Positions 36,701 through 51,700 of a stretch of DNA of 64,000 bases are shown piece after piece. Below the pieces are notes generated by a model, which was given only the letters and a program-made list of their open reading frames with translations, did not search any database and was not told where the DNA came from. Origin of the DNA: Phoronis australis (Eukaryota; Animalia; Phoronida); the NCBI GenBank assembly GCA_002633005.1, contig NMRA01000147.1, forward strand, positions 609,179-673,178, written 5' to 3'. The position numbers were made by a program, and so were the translations under genes. Numbering within the stretch: position 1 is the first letter of the stretch; every line of letters begins with the position of its first letter.

Positions 36701-39700
36701 GAGTTGACATGGACGGAATGACGCCAATTTCAATAAATTTATGAACATGCATTTTGAGACACTGAAACTTTGTTGGCAACAGATCTTAGTACATGAGAAA
36801 ATTAATCTGACTCAATATTTTGCGTAAGATTTCGTAATGTATTGAACACATATTAATAACTTTCTATGTCAATTAACAGGCACTAGAAGTGAAGGTGTAT
36901 ACAGATGAAAGTTAACAAGAGCAATGTGAAGCATTGAAATGTGCCCACGAATGCACCGCAAGTGGTGTGCTTCTAGGAATGCTTTTAGTATCATAAAAAT
37001 GACCATTAGAAGGCATAGAATACATAGAACCCATCCTCAACTAGGAATGTATCGTCCCTCTAATCTAAAAGTAATTGCCAACTTTAACAAAGATCTGTCA
37101 AGATACAGAGGCAAGCGTAAAAACTAAAATTGCCACTAGAGGTCACAGCGATAATCAGAGCCGTCCAAAAATGATCCCTTGAGCAGTTTGGCAGATAAAG
37201 CAGCAGACACCAAAAAAGGAATGCAAAATAATAAAAATGGCCACCAGCTGGGATGAAATACGTCAAATCTGTTCGAAAATAAAATGGCATTGCTGTCTCC
37301 TTAATAAAAACCTAATTGCCAAATTTCACAACAATCCATCCATGAACTCTAACGATACAAGGGCAAAATAAATAAAATTGCTACTAGGAGGCAGAACTGT
37401 AGTCGGATTGGTCTGAAACTTGTCAAAAAAACTGCCACTAGGGGGCGCCAGGGTAGTGGAACCAGTCCCAAAATCAACGCCAGTTGTAGTCTCTCATTAG
37501 GAACACATCTCCCAATTTTCATAATGATCCTATGCACAGTACGGCAGATATTTAAAATGTACTCAAAATGTTTTAAACAGCCACCAGGTGGTGTGGAATT
37601 TGTCACATCTCTCTGAAAAAGGAAAGGTGTCATCGCGTTACCGTGTTTATAGTTTACTGTAACTATTTTCCAAATTTTATGAAAATCCATCAACGAACTC
37701 CAAAGATACAGAGGCAAATGTAAAAGTTAAAATCACCACTAGGGGACAGAGCGGTAGTCAGATCAGTCTAAAACTCGTTGCCATCTGTTGTCAGTTTCAT
37801 AAGAATGCATCTTCCAAATCTCATCAAGACGAAATGATGGCAACGTGCACCCACATATAAATATAATGCACGTGCATAAAGAGTGCGACTTTAATAAGAC
37901 TTCATACTATGTTCAGGAGTTCCTTACTTTTACACAGAGATACATTCTTGCAAGTTTGGTGGGGTGCAAAATTTCATGAATGAAAGGTTTACATGCCCCA
38001 AAATTAGCATAAGTGCAGTAAATACAAGACAAAGATAAGCTGCGCAAGACTCCATGTTTCTGATCAGCCATTAGCAGGCTTGCCGAACAACATGGTTCAT
38101 GCACCAATGAACACAGCTTGCGGACATGTAAATTCAGCTTTTTGACTCACAAACACACACAAAACACAGCTTAACTGACTTACATAAGTAATCACATGCA
38201 CGGTTCGGCAAACAGTCCACGAGCTGTGTTTACAGGCGCAGGGGCTGTTTTTGTGGTCAAAGAGGTACGCTGTTTAGGTACGAAAGCCATGTTTCATGAG
38301 TGCAAGGCAGTTTTTGAGTCAGTGAATTGAGTTTACAGGTCCGTGAGTCATGTTAATAAATGCGTGAGCCATGTTGTTGGTGTATAACCAAGACAAACAC
38401 TTACTTTGCATGCCACATGTCATTGTTGGCAACTCTTTCCCAGGAAGTTGCAGGAAATCTATGAAAGAAAAATAAGTCAAATAAGCAGATGTTGGTCAAT
38501 GAGTTAAAAAGTCAACCTCAAACTAGATTAAGTCAAGGTTGTGAAGGAAAAACCTGACGTAAAAACAACTAGAGAACTATCAATAGTGTAAGCATGTAAA
38601 CAACTAGAGAACTATCAATAGTGCAAGCATCTAAACAACTAGAGAACTATCAATAGTGCAAGCATGTAAACAACTAGAGAACTATCAATAGTGCAAGCAT
38701 GTAAAATAAGCAGCGTTTACTCACTACGGGGAATATCGCAATTTTTTAAAGATTTCCCAGCCTGAAATTTTGATGTAGCACAAGTCTCCTTGCTTTATAG
38801 TCATTTCCCTCTTGCAGTGCATAATTTTCAATTTTAGGAATTGAACGACACTAATTGAATGGATATAATCTTTACATAGATTAACCAGTTGTTTCTACGT
38901 GACAAGACACATAAACAACAATCAACATCGATGCAGGACCAGGCCTGTCACAAGCTACTCCTACTTTGCAACCACTGATTGCATATAACTACTGATCATC
39001 ACGAAGTAATTAAAACAAAAGACGAAAGTACGAACGTGTCGAAAGGATATCTCCAGTGACGAGCGATGTTCTTGGACATGTTGTACCAATCCGTGACATT
39101 AAACTCGACTGAATTTGTTTTCGCAACTCGATCGCACACACCAAATGGGATGAGGTGATACTGCGGTGTCCAAGAGGGGTCTCTGTCCTGCATCCCGATG
39201 CAGACAAACATAGGGTGCCTGTAGACAAAGTGAACCTTTTTGGCAATCAATGTATGATCAACACCATCATAACAACAAAGAAAGGTTATTTTACCTTCAT
39301 GTGTGGTCAAAACTGTATCAGCACACTCTCAGAACATTTTGAATTTGGGAAGATTAAGGTTATGCAGGACATTATCAACAAAACTGTACATTTAGTCAAA
39401 ACTATAGAATTTAACTAAGAAAAGTTATATATTTCGGGAAAGAAGAAATTCCGTAAAATTTCAATTTCACTTTATACCAAACAGCCATTAGTTATGTCAC
39501 ATGACCACGCTTTTTTATAAGTAATTTTAGTAAAAAAGAAAGGTACATTCATTGCAGAACAGCATGACCACCGACATGAGGAGCAAATTTCATATGATAT
39601 AAAGATTAAATCTCAGAAATCCAGTTACAGTTATCGTTTTGTTTTCTGCGCTTTTACTTTTTAAAAAAAAATCATATTTTTGATAGCCCCTAATGCAAAT

Positions 39701-42700
39701 AAGTGGAACATTTTAAGAGCGATTCCTAACAGCATTATGGAGACCAGTGCATAAATCATAGTATCTGAAAGCTTCATGTGAATCCAATTAGCCATTTCTG
39801 AGATATGATGTTAGTTTGAAAGTTGACCAAAATCGTAATTTTTCTAAGGTCCTACATAACCTTTAGCGTCACTTATTTATTTTCCTACATAACCTTTAGC
39901 GTCACTTATTTATTTTCCTACATAACCTTTAGCGTCACTTATTTATTTTCCTACATAACCTTTAGCGTCACTTATTTATTTTCCTACATAACCTTTAGCG
40001 TCACTTTTTTATTTTCCTACATAACCTTTAGCGTCACTTTTTTATTTTCCTACATAACCTTTAGCGTCACTTTTTTATTTTCCTACATAACCTTTAGCGT
40101 CACTTTTTTATTTTCCTCTGTCACACGTAGTTCAAATAGCCTTAGGGAGCTAACTTGCAAAAAATGTTAAGCTATAGCATTAAAACTCGTCGGCAATTAA
40201 GTACAACAATGGAGTATTTATTACCGACTTTGAATTGAATTGACGCCAACTTCAATGTTTTGGAACATCAGTGTTGAACAATTCATTCAAAATGTCAAAG
40301 AATCTTAAGGGCTTCCAGTGTTGGATTTAATATCAAACACAATGTTATCTACCGCCTACAAATGCCCAGTATAGTACAGCTACTGCAAGCAATATGAATC
40401 TTACCAATCTTCAGCCCACAAGAGAGAGAGTTTGAAATTGCACTAAAACTAAGTATTTGTCATATAAATCTCGTCTCAAGGGCTGACAAATTTCGGAGCT
40501 GAACATTTCAGAGGATTTTCTAATGACTCAACAAGACCATTTCGCGTCTGATTTTCTCCAGAACATTCACCACAACTACGATGGGACTGGAGTTTTTATT
40601 GAAAACTACAATCGTGCTCCTGATGGAACAAAGACACGATGTCGAGTCGCTCATTCTTGGCAATAGGAGGAACAAGACCAAGCCCGGCATGAACAAAATA
40701 TTGTTACTTCACTTAGAAGATGAATGGTTGTATACTTGGTAGCATTTCTACTCACAGTTTGTAGTTGACATCCAGAAGGTGCTTGAAATTAAAAGATGAC
40801 AGTCCGCCGGCATTTCGTTTCGTTTCCAGGTGCCAGTAATCGCCTGGGAAAACGAGTCTTGGGTAAAACTTAGCAAGCATTGGTAATGACCAGCGATAAC
40901 TCATAACCTGCAAAAAATTAACTTTGAATGTTACGCATCCTATCACACAACCATGTCAAGCAATAGGGACACAGGCCGACTACAAGAAGCAAATTAAAAA
41001 ATAAACCATTCATACTATATTCCACTATGCTCAGACTCATTTCAACCTTCAATTAAAATTAATTGTGCAAATTGCTAACACAAAACCTTTGGTCTGATTT
41101 GCAGACTTAGCCAAGTAATGAAGTACGAATCAATATGCATGCAAAACTATTATAAACTAGTTTGGCATACCTTTCTAGACAGCATTCTGAATGAAGAAAG
41201 TTGCTATGCAGATCAAAGAATTGTTTATGACTTAGATTTGTGTTGCTGTCAAGTTTCTGTTAACTGTGAAAGGGGCTAGGTTAAGGGGAGCTGAAGAATG
41301 AATGAGATAGTTCCACTAGTTCTGTTGCTCTCTGATTGTGTACTAAACATGACACGGTTGCATTGTCATACAAAACTCATGCAGATGCAGGCAAAATCAC
41401 AGTGAATGGCGAGTGTTTCACAAGTAAGTTCAGGGCTCTAGTACTAAAGACTAATAATATGGTTGCCACTGAAAATATTCGTCAGCAAGACTGGAGTTAT
41501 GAGAGAAACATTTTTGTTTCCATTGTAAGTATTAAGCAGATTTTTCACTGCAAGTGCACCACAAGTGTCTTGCATTTAATTATATAATGAAATACATAAT
41601 AATCTAATAAAAACTGGAGAAAATTGTTAGAATTCACAGCACCTGTTACATACCTCAACATCAAATATAGTAATATCTGGACGATACCTTTCACATAAAT
41701 GTAAGTACCTACAATTGAAAATGTCAATTAAAAATATTGTATCTAAAGGGTTCTTAGTCCATCAGCAAAACATCATAGAAATCAAAATACTTACTGGCAC
41801 ACAGACCATATCTTCTAGGAAAAAATAATCTCCAAATAAAATCAGCTACTGAACACTAAAAAAACTGTATCTCCCTCTTAATAAGACAAACTAAGTTTGT
41901 GGTATAAATTATTTTCAAGCAGATTTCCAGAACAAGGTTGTTTCATAGCCACGCGGGGATAATACCGCTTCAAATCCATAATTATAAGGATAATATTCTA
42001 CCACAGCTTACCAAGAATGACGTACAACAGTAATAATATGATGTGTATAGAAAATATCAATCAGCAACTGAATGATGAACTCACCTCAGTGAATTACTGG
42101 GCAAATCTCCTTTTGTGAAAATGACAGCATTCTTTGGCATACTGTCCAATATAGTAGTACCAAATTCATGCACAACTGTATTTGAACTCTGATCACAGAA
42201 CTTGTAATTGAAGTGCTACAACGATGACAGGAAGGTAGTTAAAAACATTCACACCAGTAGAAATGACATGCAATTATAAAAAAGACTCAAAGTCAAAGAA
42301 ATGATAGAATTGCCATTTATAAAGACCCCGCTATGCTGCTAGGAGTGCACAATCTCATTTGATGACTCCTTTGCAGAACAAACCATGATTATCCTAACAA
42401 TTGGCAAAAAGTTGAAAGAAACAATTTATGTACTATAATATTTAATATTTTTGTTGAAAAATCCACAAATCCATGTTTTCATCTAATTGTGTCCAAAACT
42501 GAAGACCTGCAAATAGCTGCTTATCAAAATTTACATTCATATATTGCTGACGGAGGCCTGCGTAAGCATTACTGTAACATTTGGTAAATTTTGGATAAAA
42601 TAACACGACACACTGTGTAATGAATGCAAATGCTAATGTACACAAAACAGATAAAGATCAAGATATTAAACAATTACCAGTTGTAATGCGACAGCTGCTA

Positions 42701-45700
42701 TACTCAAAATCCAAGCAAACGTCTTCACAAAGACTGACATATCCTTGCCCCAACAAATAATTCTGGAAATGGGCAACATAGCTCATGAAAACATTTCATC
42801 TTGAAAAGACACATATTTGAAAAAATCAGTAAATACAGACATGTAAACGTAGTGAAGAAACACTTGTTTAAAAACAATGAGGAAGTTTTGTTCAAGACAT
42901 TAAAACAATCAAGATTTGGAAAAGTCTTCAAGTTAAAGCCTCGTACAACAGTATTAAAAGTGTTTATGCTTGTGCCCTTCTTAGAGGTTTTGAAGAAAAC
43001 TTTGCATTTCTAATACCACGCTATATATGCCATGGGCTGACAGGAGTTCAGGTCTCTCATGTGGGTTGAGTCGTCACCTCAAGCTTGATTTCTTGAAGTC
43101 TGAGATACATGCTTTCAAAACGATCTAATTGGTGCTGAATGGGGTATTGATGGACTTTTTTTTACAAAATCGGAAGAAATTTAATGATAATTCAGAAGAT
43201 TATTAATGTGTTGCTCCAACTGCTTACAATATACTTTTAGCAATACTTCATTAAACCAGGGTCCTTGAATATTTGCCTCTGAACAATATTTAAAAATCAT
43301 GTGAAATTACCCCTATCAGGGCAACACATCTACTCTTATGATAACAAGTTCCTAAGGGAGCATTACTGGAATTGATGGCAACCTGGGGTTAATTTCCCAT
43401 TAGAAAGCGCAAGCACCTTTCCCCTTAAGTGTATGAAGGCCCAGTTGACACACATTGGAGGCGCAGTGTAGGCACTGAAAATGTCCATACCTAAAAACAG
43501 CATAAAATCCAACCCCTGCAAGAATGGCCACCACAACATCACTCTGCAGCCAGAATCGCTCCACCTGCAAAATGCATCATTTCACATTTGTCTACAGCAG
43601 GATGTGCTTTGACAATACTGACTAGGCTACAGTGAGCACAAAAAGAAAGGACACAAACTAAAATTTTCCACTAAGTCAGATACTTAAACACTTGATCAAC
43701 AAATACAACATTGCACATATTACAATCACAATCAAAATACACACATGAGCAACACCGAGCGTTGAAATGCATCCATGACTGCAACACAAATGGTGTGCTT
43801 CTAACGGTGTTGTTAGTATCATAAAAATGGCAACTAGATGGCACAGAATGCCAAACCCATCAAAAATTGGGAAGCGTCATTGTCTCTCTATTACAAAACT
43901 GTAAATTTCATGAAAATCTACCAAGGAACTCCAAATCTACAGAGGCAGGCATAAATAAACAAACTGCCATGAGAATGCACAGCCATAGTCGAATCCGTCT
44001 ATTTGATGTCACATTAATCAGAAAAGTCTTGAAAATTTTGATCTTGCTAGGGGTTTAATAGATACAACCGCAGACACGAAAACAATGTCAATAGGGAGCA
44101 CCACAGTTATGGTGGGCCCATCTGAAAATCCACACCAGTCGTACTCATGTCGATAAGAACACATATGCCAATTTTCATAATGGTCCTTTGAGCAGTTTGG
44201 TCGATACAGACTGAAGCAAATGGAAAAAACAGGACTAAAAAAGAATTGATATGGCCACTAGGTGGTGCAAACTACGTCGAATCCATTGGAAAGATCATGT
44301 TATCTTCATACTTGTTTCCAAATTTCTTGAAACAATATCAAGAAACTCAAAGGCAAAAATGCAATAGCTACTGGGGGGCATAGCGATGGCCAGAGCCATC
44401 CAAAATCACAGGCAGCCAATGTCACATTTGTTGGAAAACACATGCAAAAGTACACAAACATCATGCAAAGGAATCAGGAGCATCAACCACCATCACAAAA
44501 AAATACAGAATCCCCACAAGCGAATGCCACAAGTATCAGAACCGTCCAAAGTCAATGACAGCCATCCAATGATTCATAATGATCCTTTGACCGCCACCAG
44601 ATAAAGAGGCAAATGCTAAAAGAAAACTCAAAATCATAAAAATAGCCACTAAGTGGCACAAAATATATTGAATCTGTTCGAAAATGGAAAGGCAAGCTGT
44701 CACCTTAATAGAAACCATTAGTGCCAAATTTCCATCAATGAACTCCAAAGATACAGAAGCAAAGTTAATGTAAAAAAATAAAACTGCCACTAGGGGGCAC
44801 ACCTGTAGTCAGATTGGCCTGAAACTCATTGTCACCCATTATCATCTCCATATGAACATGTCAGCCAATATCACAAAGATTGTCCAAAGAGTTATTAAGG
44901 AGATACAGCCGTGGACGTAAGAAAATTGCCATTAGGGGTCGCCAGAGCAGTGGAACCTGTCCGAAAATCAGTATCAGCCGTGGTCAGGAACACATCTGCC
45001 AATTTTCACAATGATCCTTTGAGCATTTTGACGGACAGAAAGGTGGATGTCAAAAACGTAATCAAATTTTTAAAAAATTACCACCAGGTGGCAGAAAATA
45101 CGTCAAATCTGTCCGAAAACGGAAAGGCATCATTGACTCTTAAATGGAAACCTGCTTGCTAAATTTCACCCAAATCCAACAAGGAACTCCAAAGATACAG
45201 TGGCAAACGTAAATAAAACTAAACTTGCCACTAAGGTCCAAAGCTCGTGGTCGTCTGTCGTCTGCTTCATAGAAACACAACTGTCAAATCTCATTATGAT
45301 CCTGCAAGAGGATTAGGAGATACAGCTGCGGACAGGGATGATGGCAATATGCACCCACATCTAAATATGTGGACGCATAAAACGGTAACGTCAGCATGAG
45401 CGCTTTTTATTGCCCATCTTTCCAGAGATTATTATTTTATCTTTATGTTATTTGTACACTCATATTTCTGTACCTTATCAGTCATAATAAATGACCTTAT
45501 ATCGCCTATACACGGTCTCCTTTGTATCTCTGGAAACGGAGCTTGCGACGCACCTATTATTTTCGGGACATATTCTGAGCATAAAAAAGTATGTTGTGTC
45601 AAGTTGTGAAGTATCAGCTAAAATAACCGTACTGGCCTTTGTTAAATCACTATTGGTTTGCTTAAGCCAATCAGGAGGAGATAACTCCTGAAATCCTTAA

Positions 45701-48700
45701 ACTGATGACACAACCATGAAAGTTGGCTGAAATAATTATTTTTAAGTAAATTAACATTTGAACACGAAAAGTGCTAGGAATGCGAAATTCCAAAATGGCA
45801 GACATTTTACAAGAAGGTCACTATTTGACACTTAATTAAGCCCAATGCATCTAGGTATCAAAATATTGTACACAGGCAGGAACCAGACACCAATTAAGTC
45901 TGAATGAACAGCTTTCTAACTCCACATTTTCACTAAAATTTACTTCAAGCCTCAACTACGTAATGTCACTCACCACCCCTCTGAACAACGGTTTCTCCAG
46001 GTCCAGATTAGCCCTCCAGGTGAAAAACGTGACGTACACCATCAACATAACAATAAATATAAACAACGAGCTGCCCTGCTTGTGCACCAACCTGAAAACA
46101 ACACGGAAATATCTAACCAGCAACAAAAAATTACAGCTATTCTCAGAGACTGTGTGTACAATCCAAAGCTCAAAATATATAACACGTTGTATGACTGGTT
46201 GTCAAGTTGGGCAAAATCAGCAGGTCTGTCTGACTGTCACTGCAGCTTCAAAATATCATTGAACACACAAGTCAAACCAGAACTAGACATCCAATGCATT
46301 CATAAGTCTGAACTTCGGAACTATTTCAATAAATAAAAAAGAACGATGCTGGTGGTATGAATACTCAGATATTGACAAATGACCACAAAATTCCAGCATA
46401 CAATACTTGCTCTGAGCCATGGTATGTGGCAACATATCATACCTTCTCACAGCTATCAGCAGGGCTACACCAGCAAATACTGGGCCTACATACAACATGT
46501 CCTGCAGCAGATGTCTACAGTATTCTCTGAAAGGAGACAAGAGCAATAACACCCAATTAATACTATCAGAGTTTTAAGTTCTTGTTATATACAAAGCCCT
46601 TTACAAGGTGTAATATTTCATACACCAAAACAAACACTTCAAAGACACTGTGAATAGCATCTCTCAGCTTTGTAAACTCACTCACACTTGTTGTACTAAC
46701 AGCAGATGCATCATGAGGAAGTCTTCATGAGTTATCATGCTAATTGGGCCAGCTACTAATATGCAAGTTTCTATACCATGACACTGACCAGCTCAACAAC
46801 ACTGGATGACATACACAGCATTTGTGATTGGCTTCAGAATGCATAGGCATGACCGGCAACTGAACCCATGACCATTGGGCTCAGAGCCTGAAACCTAACC
46901 ATTGAATCCCAAGGTCGTTATCAGTGCACTGTGAAGGAGTCCAATTACAAACAAATCACCTTGTATGTGACAAAATCAAAATAAAAACATTTGATCCCAC
47001 ACATACATGGTTCGTTGATAATAGGTTGAACATAAAAATACCTACCGAATTCCCAAAAGAAAACCAGAACCAACAGACTCCTTTCCCTGCAAAGAGACAA
47101 GCGTATTATCATGATTCAATGTCACCAGCTGAATACAGAAAAGACTAGCAAAACAAATAAAGTAAGTCATAAAGCACAGAGTTTACAAGTGATTGTCAGA
47201 AAGAGTCCGACAACGTTTATCTCAATGTTGTATATACTAGCATTTGAAAAAGCTAGAGACCATATTATTGTCTGTAGCAATATTGTCCAACTTTCTCTGT
47301 GACAACCTTGTTTCATCCAATCCAAAACAGTGAGGTTTGAAAGTTAGATTTTTGAGCACGCTTTCGGAGGCTCAAAACCTGCAATTCTCAGCCTGAGGGA
47401 AGTTTGAGACAGTTTAACACAGCCAAAAACACTGCATATAAATTCCAGCCTGGGCTAAAATCCTATCACTTCCACACTTTGATTAATTCTTGCAACAGAA
47501 ACAAAGTGAAAACAAAATGCCAGCTGCCACATGAACAATATCATGTTCGAACCACACAGTTGGCACAACGCAGTCGCCAGTAGGCACTGTGCATTGTTTA
47601 CTGTTTGATGCTGCTACCCTGTGGCTGCTTCCCCCTTCCGTTTAATAAACACAAACGTTCAATTCTGACTTTGAGTGCGTGGTATTTTTTGTACTGACTT
47701 AGCCGTCTTCAGTAATTATAAGGTTGAGCGGTACAACACCAATGATAAAAACTTGAAGACACAAGAGCGACATCTATTGAATGCAAAAATCACTTTTAGA
47801 TTTTGCTGTAGACATATTTATGCACAGTGACAATGTCACAAATGGGTTTTGAATGTCATTTTTGACATGTCGTGTCATTTTTGACATGTCAGAGCATAGG
47901 CATCTTTAGAAACATAAGAGGTTTGGTTGAATACTAGCTTTATCTTATCTTATAAGCCGATATAAGTAATTTAAAACTTTACCTACCAAGTCAAACGTGC
48001 CATATTCAACACGAAGCAAGTGAGTCATAAATCCAGACCAACTTGACTGATTTCCCCACGTCCAGCGTGATTGGTTAATAAGAGAAGAGGCGGGCAAGTG
48101 TATGTAGGGAACCAATCCCAGAGCACCATATAAAGCAATGGTCAAAAATGACAACACAGACAAGGTCTGAAAATGAAGAATGCAAATAAACTGTAACAGA
48201 TACCTATGTGTCAGTAAAGTACTCTGACCTTGCAGTTAACATTACCAAGAAAGTGACACTTTAAGCAAAGTAATCATCTGACTGAAGTTAATTTACACAG
48301 ACCTTCATTTTGAGCTTGCATCAGGTTGAGTGATGAATACACAGTACATTCAAAACTATAAGCGTACATAAATTAAGGTTTGACAAAAGTCCACCCACTG
48401 TCTACCAATGATCAGACTTTGTGTCAAAGTTTTGTTTCGTGAAAAGAGTCCAACATCATGATGGTTGGTTAACAAAGAGACGAGTCGGGCAAGTGTATGT
48501 AGGGAACCAATCTCCGAGCACAACATAAAGCAATGGTCAAAAATAATAATACTGCAAGGACTGAAAATGAATAATGCAAACAAACTGTAACAGATACCTA
48601 TTTGTCAGTACAGTAATTTAACCTCGCAGTTAACATTTATACCAACGCACTGTACAGTAACCTTTTAAGCAATATAATCAACTGATTGAAGAAAATTTAC

Positions 48701-51700
48701 ACAGACCTTCATTTTGAGATTACATCAGGTTTTCTAATGAATACACATACTGTAGATTCAAAAACTGTAAGCATACATAAACTAAATTTTAACAAAGTCC
48801 ACCCACTGTCTACCAATGTCAGAGACTTGTTTCGTTGAAAAGTGTCCACTGATTGCCTATTGATGGAAGTGCATGCTTTGCTTTACATAAGAATAGAAGT
48901 TGAAGCTTTGCTAAACATATAAAGTATCTGATAGAGCTTTGCTTATGAGGATAGAAGGTGTGGCTTTTTGCAAGGTGGAGTTTTGGCTAGATGGAGGAAA
49001 GATAGGCTGGACTACATAGGAGATGACATTGTTCTTAATGAATGAATGGAATAGGTGGACTTGCTTGCAAGATAAATAAACTGTGGACGTTCGATTCTCC
49101 AAAGACCAACAGTAGGCAGGGTTTCACTTATTGATTGTAAGAAGATGCATTTTTACTCAATGGTGGAAAAGGTAGATTTTACTAGTAAGATAAATAAATG
49201 TCAGAGCTTTTATTGCCTGCAAGACATACAAAACACAGAACTTTTCAGAAAAATGAGAGCTAGGCTTACATATCCAAGAGGTGAAAGGTGGTGCATTACT
49301 CATGAAATGGTTGGCAGGAGAAATATGATCTGCACACAGGGCGAAGTTTTGCAAAGCCAATGACAGAAGGCCAATCCTTCTTTGTCATATGAACTTAAGT
49401 TGAAATTTTGTCCATAATGATAGAAATAAGGTTTTAATACCTGCGCAGACTTCAGATGGTATAAAACCCACAAGCCAGCAACAGCCACATAGATGACAAT
49501 GGTGTGTTGATTACAAAGTGAAAATCCACAGAGAAATGCACCAAGACAGGCAATCTGAAATTATTTGAAGAAAATAGTCAAATTTGATGCAAAACCCCAG
49601 TAATCATTTGACACATCTAGACAGTGCTTTTGTGCATTTACTAAGATTCTGTGATCACCGAAGATATAGAATTTTATGTGTCTACCACAATAAATACTTA
49701 AAAGTATTTGAAAAATTCAATCTTTGGTAACAAAATTAGCCAATTACCTTTATTTTAAAAATATTTCATTCTAGGTAAACGTCTGGCTCCTAGCACTCAA
49801 ATTATCGCAAACCTATCTCAACAGGTAGGCAATACATACAAGATTCTTCTCTCTCCTCGGACATCCCTCCAGGTACACGCAGCTCATCAAAATAGCTGAA
49901 GTGAAGAAGTTATTCAGGCTAAACACTTCTGCACCTGTAGCCCATAACCATGGCAACTTACTGATGGAGAACATCGCTACAGCAACAAGTCCCGCCGGGA
50001 CAAAAGATGAGGACAACCTGGAAGACAGGAATTAATATGAAGGCTATTTAAATGTGGCAAGTTACTGTTACAGTAATTAGTCTGAACAGTACCTGAAGTT
50101 ATGGCCATAAGATATCAAACTCACATTAAAAATAAATACAAAGACAACCATGAATTTATTTACCTATTAAAATTCTCGATTACATTATGTTTTTGGCCTA
50201 AGTAAGAGTGAAATTCTGACAACCAACGCAGCTACCGAAAACTGCATGTTTCAGAAGACAACACAATACAGACACAACACTTCATTCTTACATCAGAACA
50301 TCGCCAGGACAACGAGAAGAGTCTCAAAGAATTGACAACACAAGTATGGGCAACAGGGCAAACAATAATTGACTACACAGTGAACACGTTTGTGCAAGAT
50401 AACCTGGTTGATAGACTTTTAATATTAAAATTTTGCTTTTGAAATTATTGGCATAGTTTGTAGAAATACCATTCCCACCTAACATACCTGATGAAGAGAC
50501 AGACATATTAAGGCTCGAAAGCTAGTGTTAGTGTTTTACCTGATTCTACATTTGTCTAATTTTATCTGATCTCGACATATTTCCTTTTCAACCATTCCCA
50601 CCGATAAATTGTCGAGGACAGAAGAGTCTGTTCCAAAAATTTTTTTCTCAAATGCCCTCAAGCAATCGAGTAGGGTCATTATCATGTGCTTATACTTACA
50701 AATGAGCTGTTTTACATGGGACATTGTCAGCAAGAAAAGTGATTTTCAGCTTCAACGTGTAATGGAACCTACAACCCTCTATCCCTCTATGTCACAGTCT
50801 AATGCTCTGTTGGCGGAGCTAAACCTCACTTAATAAATGGCAGTGTATTTAAGTAGTACAGACACCAGCCTTGACTTCAACATACGTCTGGCAGACAATG
50901 GCAAAGGTCTCAAAATGAGTCAGATATAGACCACTATTTATCTTAGACAAAGCTAAAGTTCTTCACAAGTTCACCGTTGTAATTCAAATATACTGTTTTT
51001 CATGTTTTCAGCTTCAAAGCATGTACACAGAAATGTTACGTAATTATCTCCTCAGAGAAATTGCTGTGGCTTTTAACAACATTAAAGAACACTTTAAAGA
51101 ATCAATATTCATGAGATATTTACCTCAAGGTGGTCAGCATAAGAAGACCACTGGCCAAGGCAGATACAAGCGCATTAATTAAGTTGACCCTCCACGCCAC
51201 ACTGCCCACTGGTATAAATTTAATGGCCAGCCAGGCCATCAGGGTAAACAATGGGTAGCCAGGGGGGTGAGCTACCTGCAAGAAGCAAAGATGATAGAGG
51301 TAGAAGGGGAGGAGGCAACCATGCATTGCCCTATGTTAGATCCTCCATTAGTGCATTGTGTACTTAACGAAATCACACAGATACCTAAAGGATCCAAGAA
51401 GAACAAAATGACAAGTAACAACAAAAAGAAGGAAAAGAAGTGTAAACATTCGGACAGCTTACAGCAAAATCTCGCCATTTTCAGACAAAAATAATCGCCA
51501 AAATTGAACCTTTTTCATTTTTTCAAGGGTTTCAAACATTGTTGCGAATGCCTACAATTTTCAAAATATTTTCCTTTTTGTTACTATGGTACAGAAATGG
51601 CAAAGCATCATTCTGGTATTTACACAATTTATGAAAACATGGGAAATGAAATTTTAACCTATCCACCACATTGTGTCTGAAATTGGTGAAATTTTACCAC

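Noticed and set aside
38563-38704. 35-bp repeats as a possible CRISPR array
   Set aside because: No spacers; a simple tandem repeat.
39823-40170. 115-aa ORF with [11 protein letters not shown] repeats; CRISPR-like periodicity
   Set aside because: It is the translation of a 33-bp minisatellite. Units are contiguous with no unique spacers, there are no cas genes, and it lies in a eukaryotic intron.
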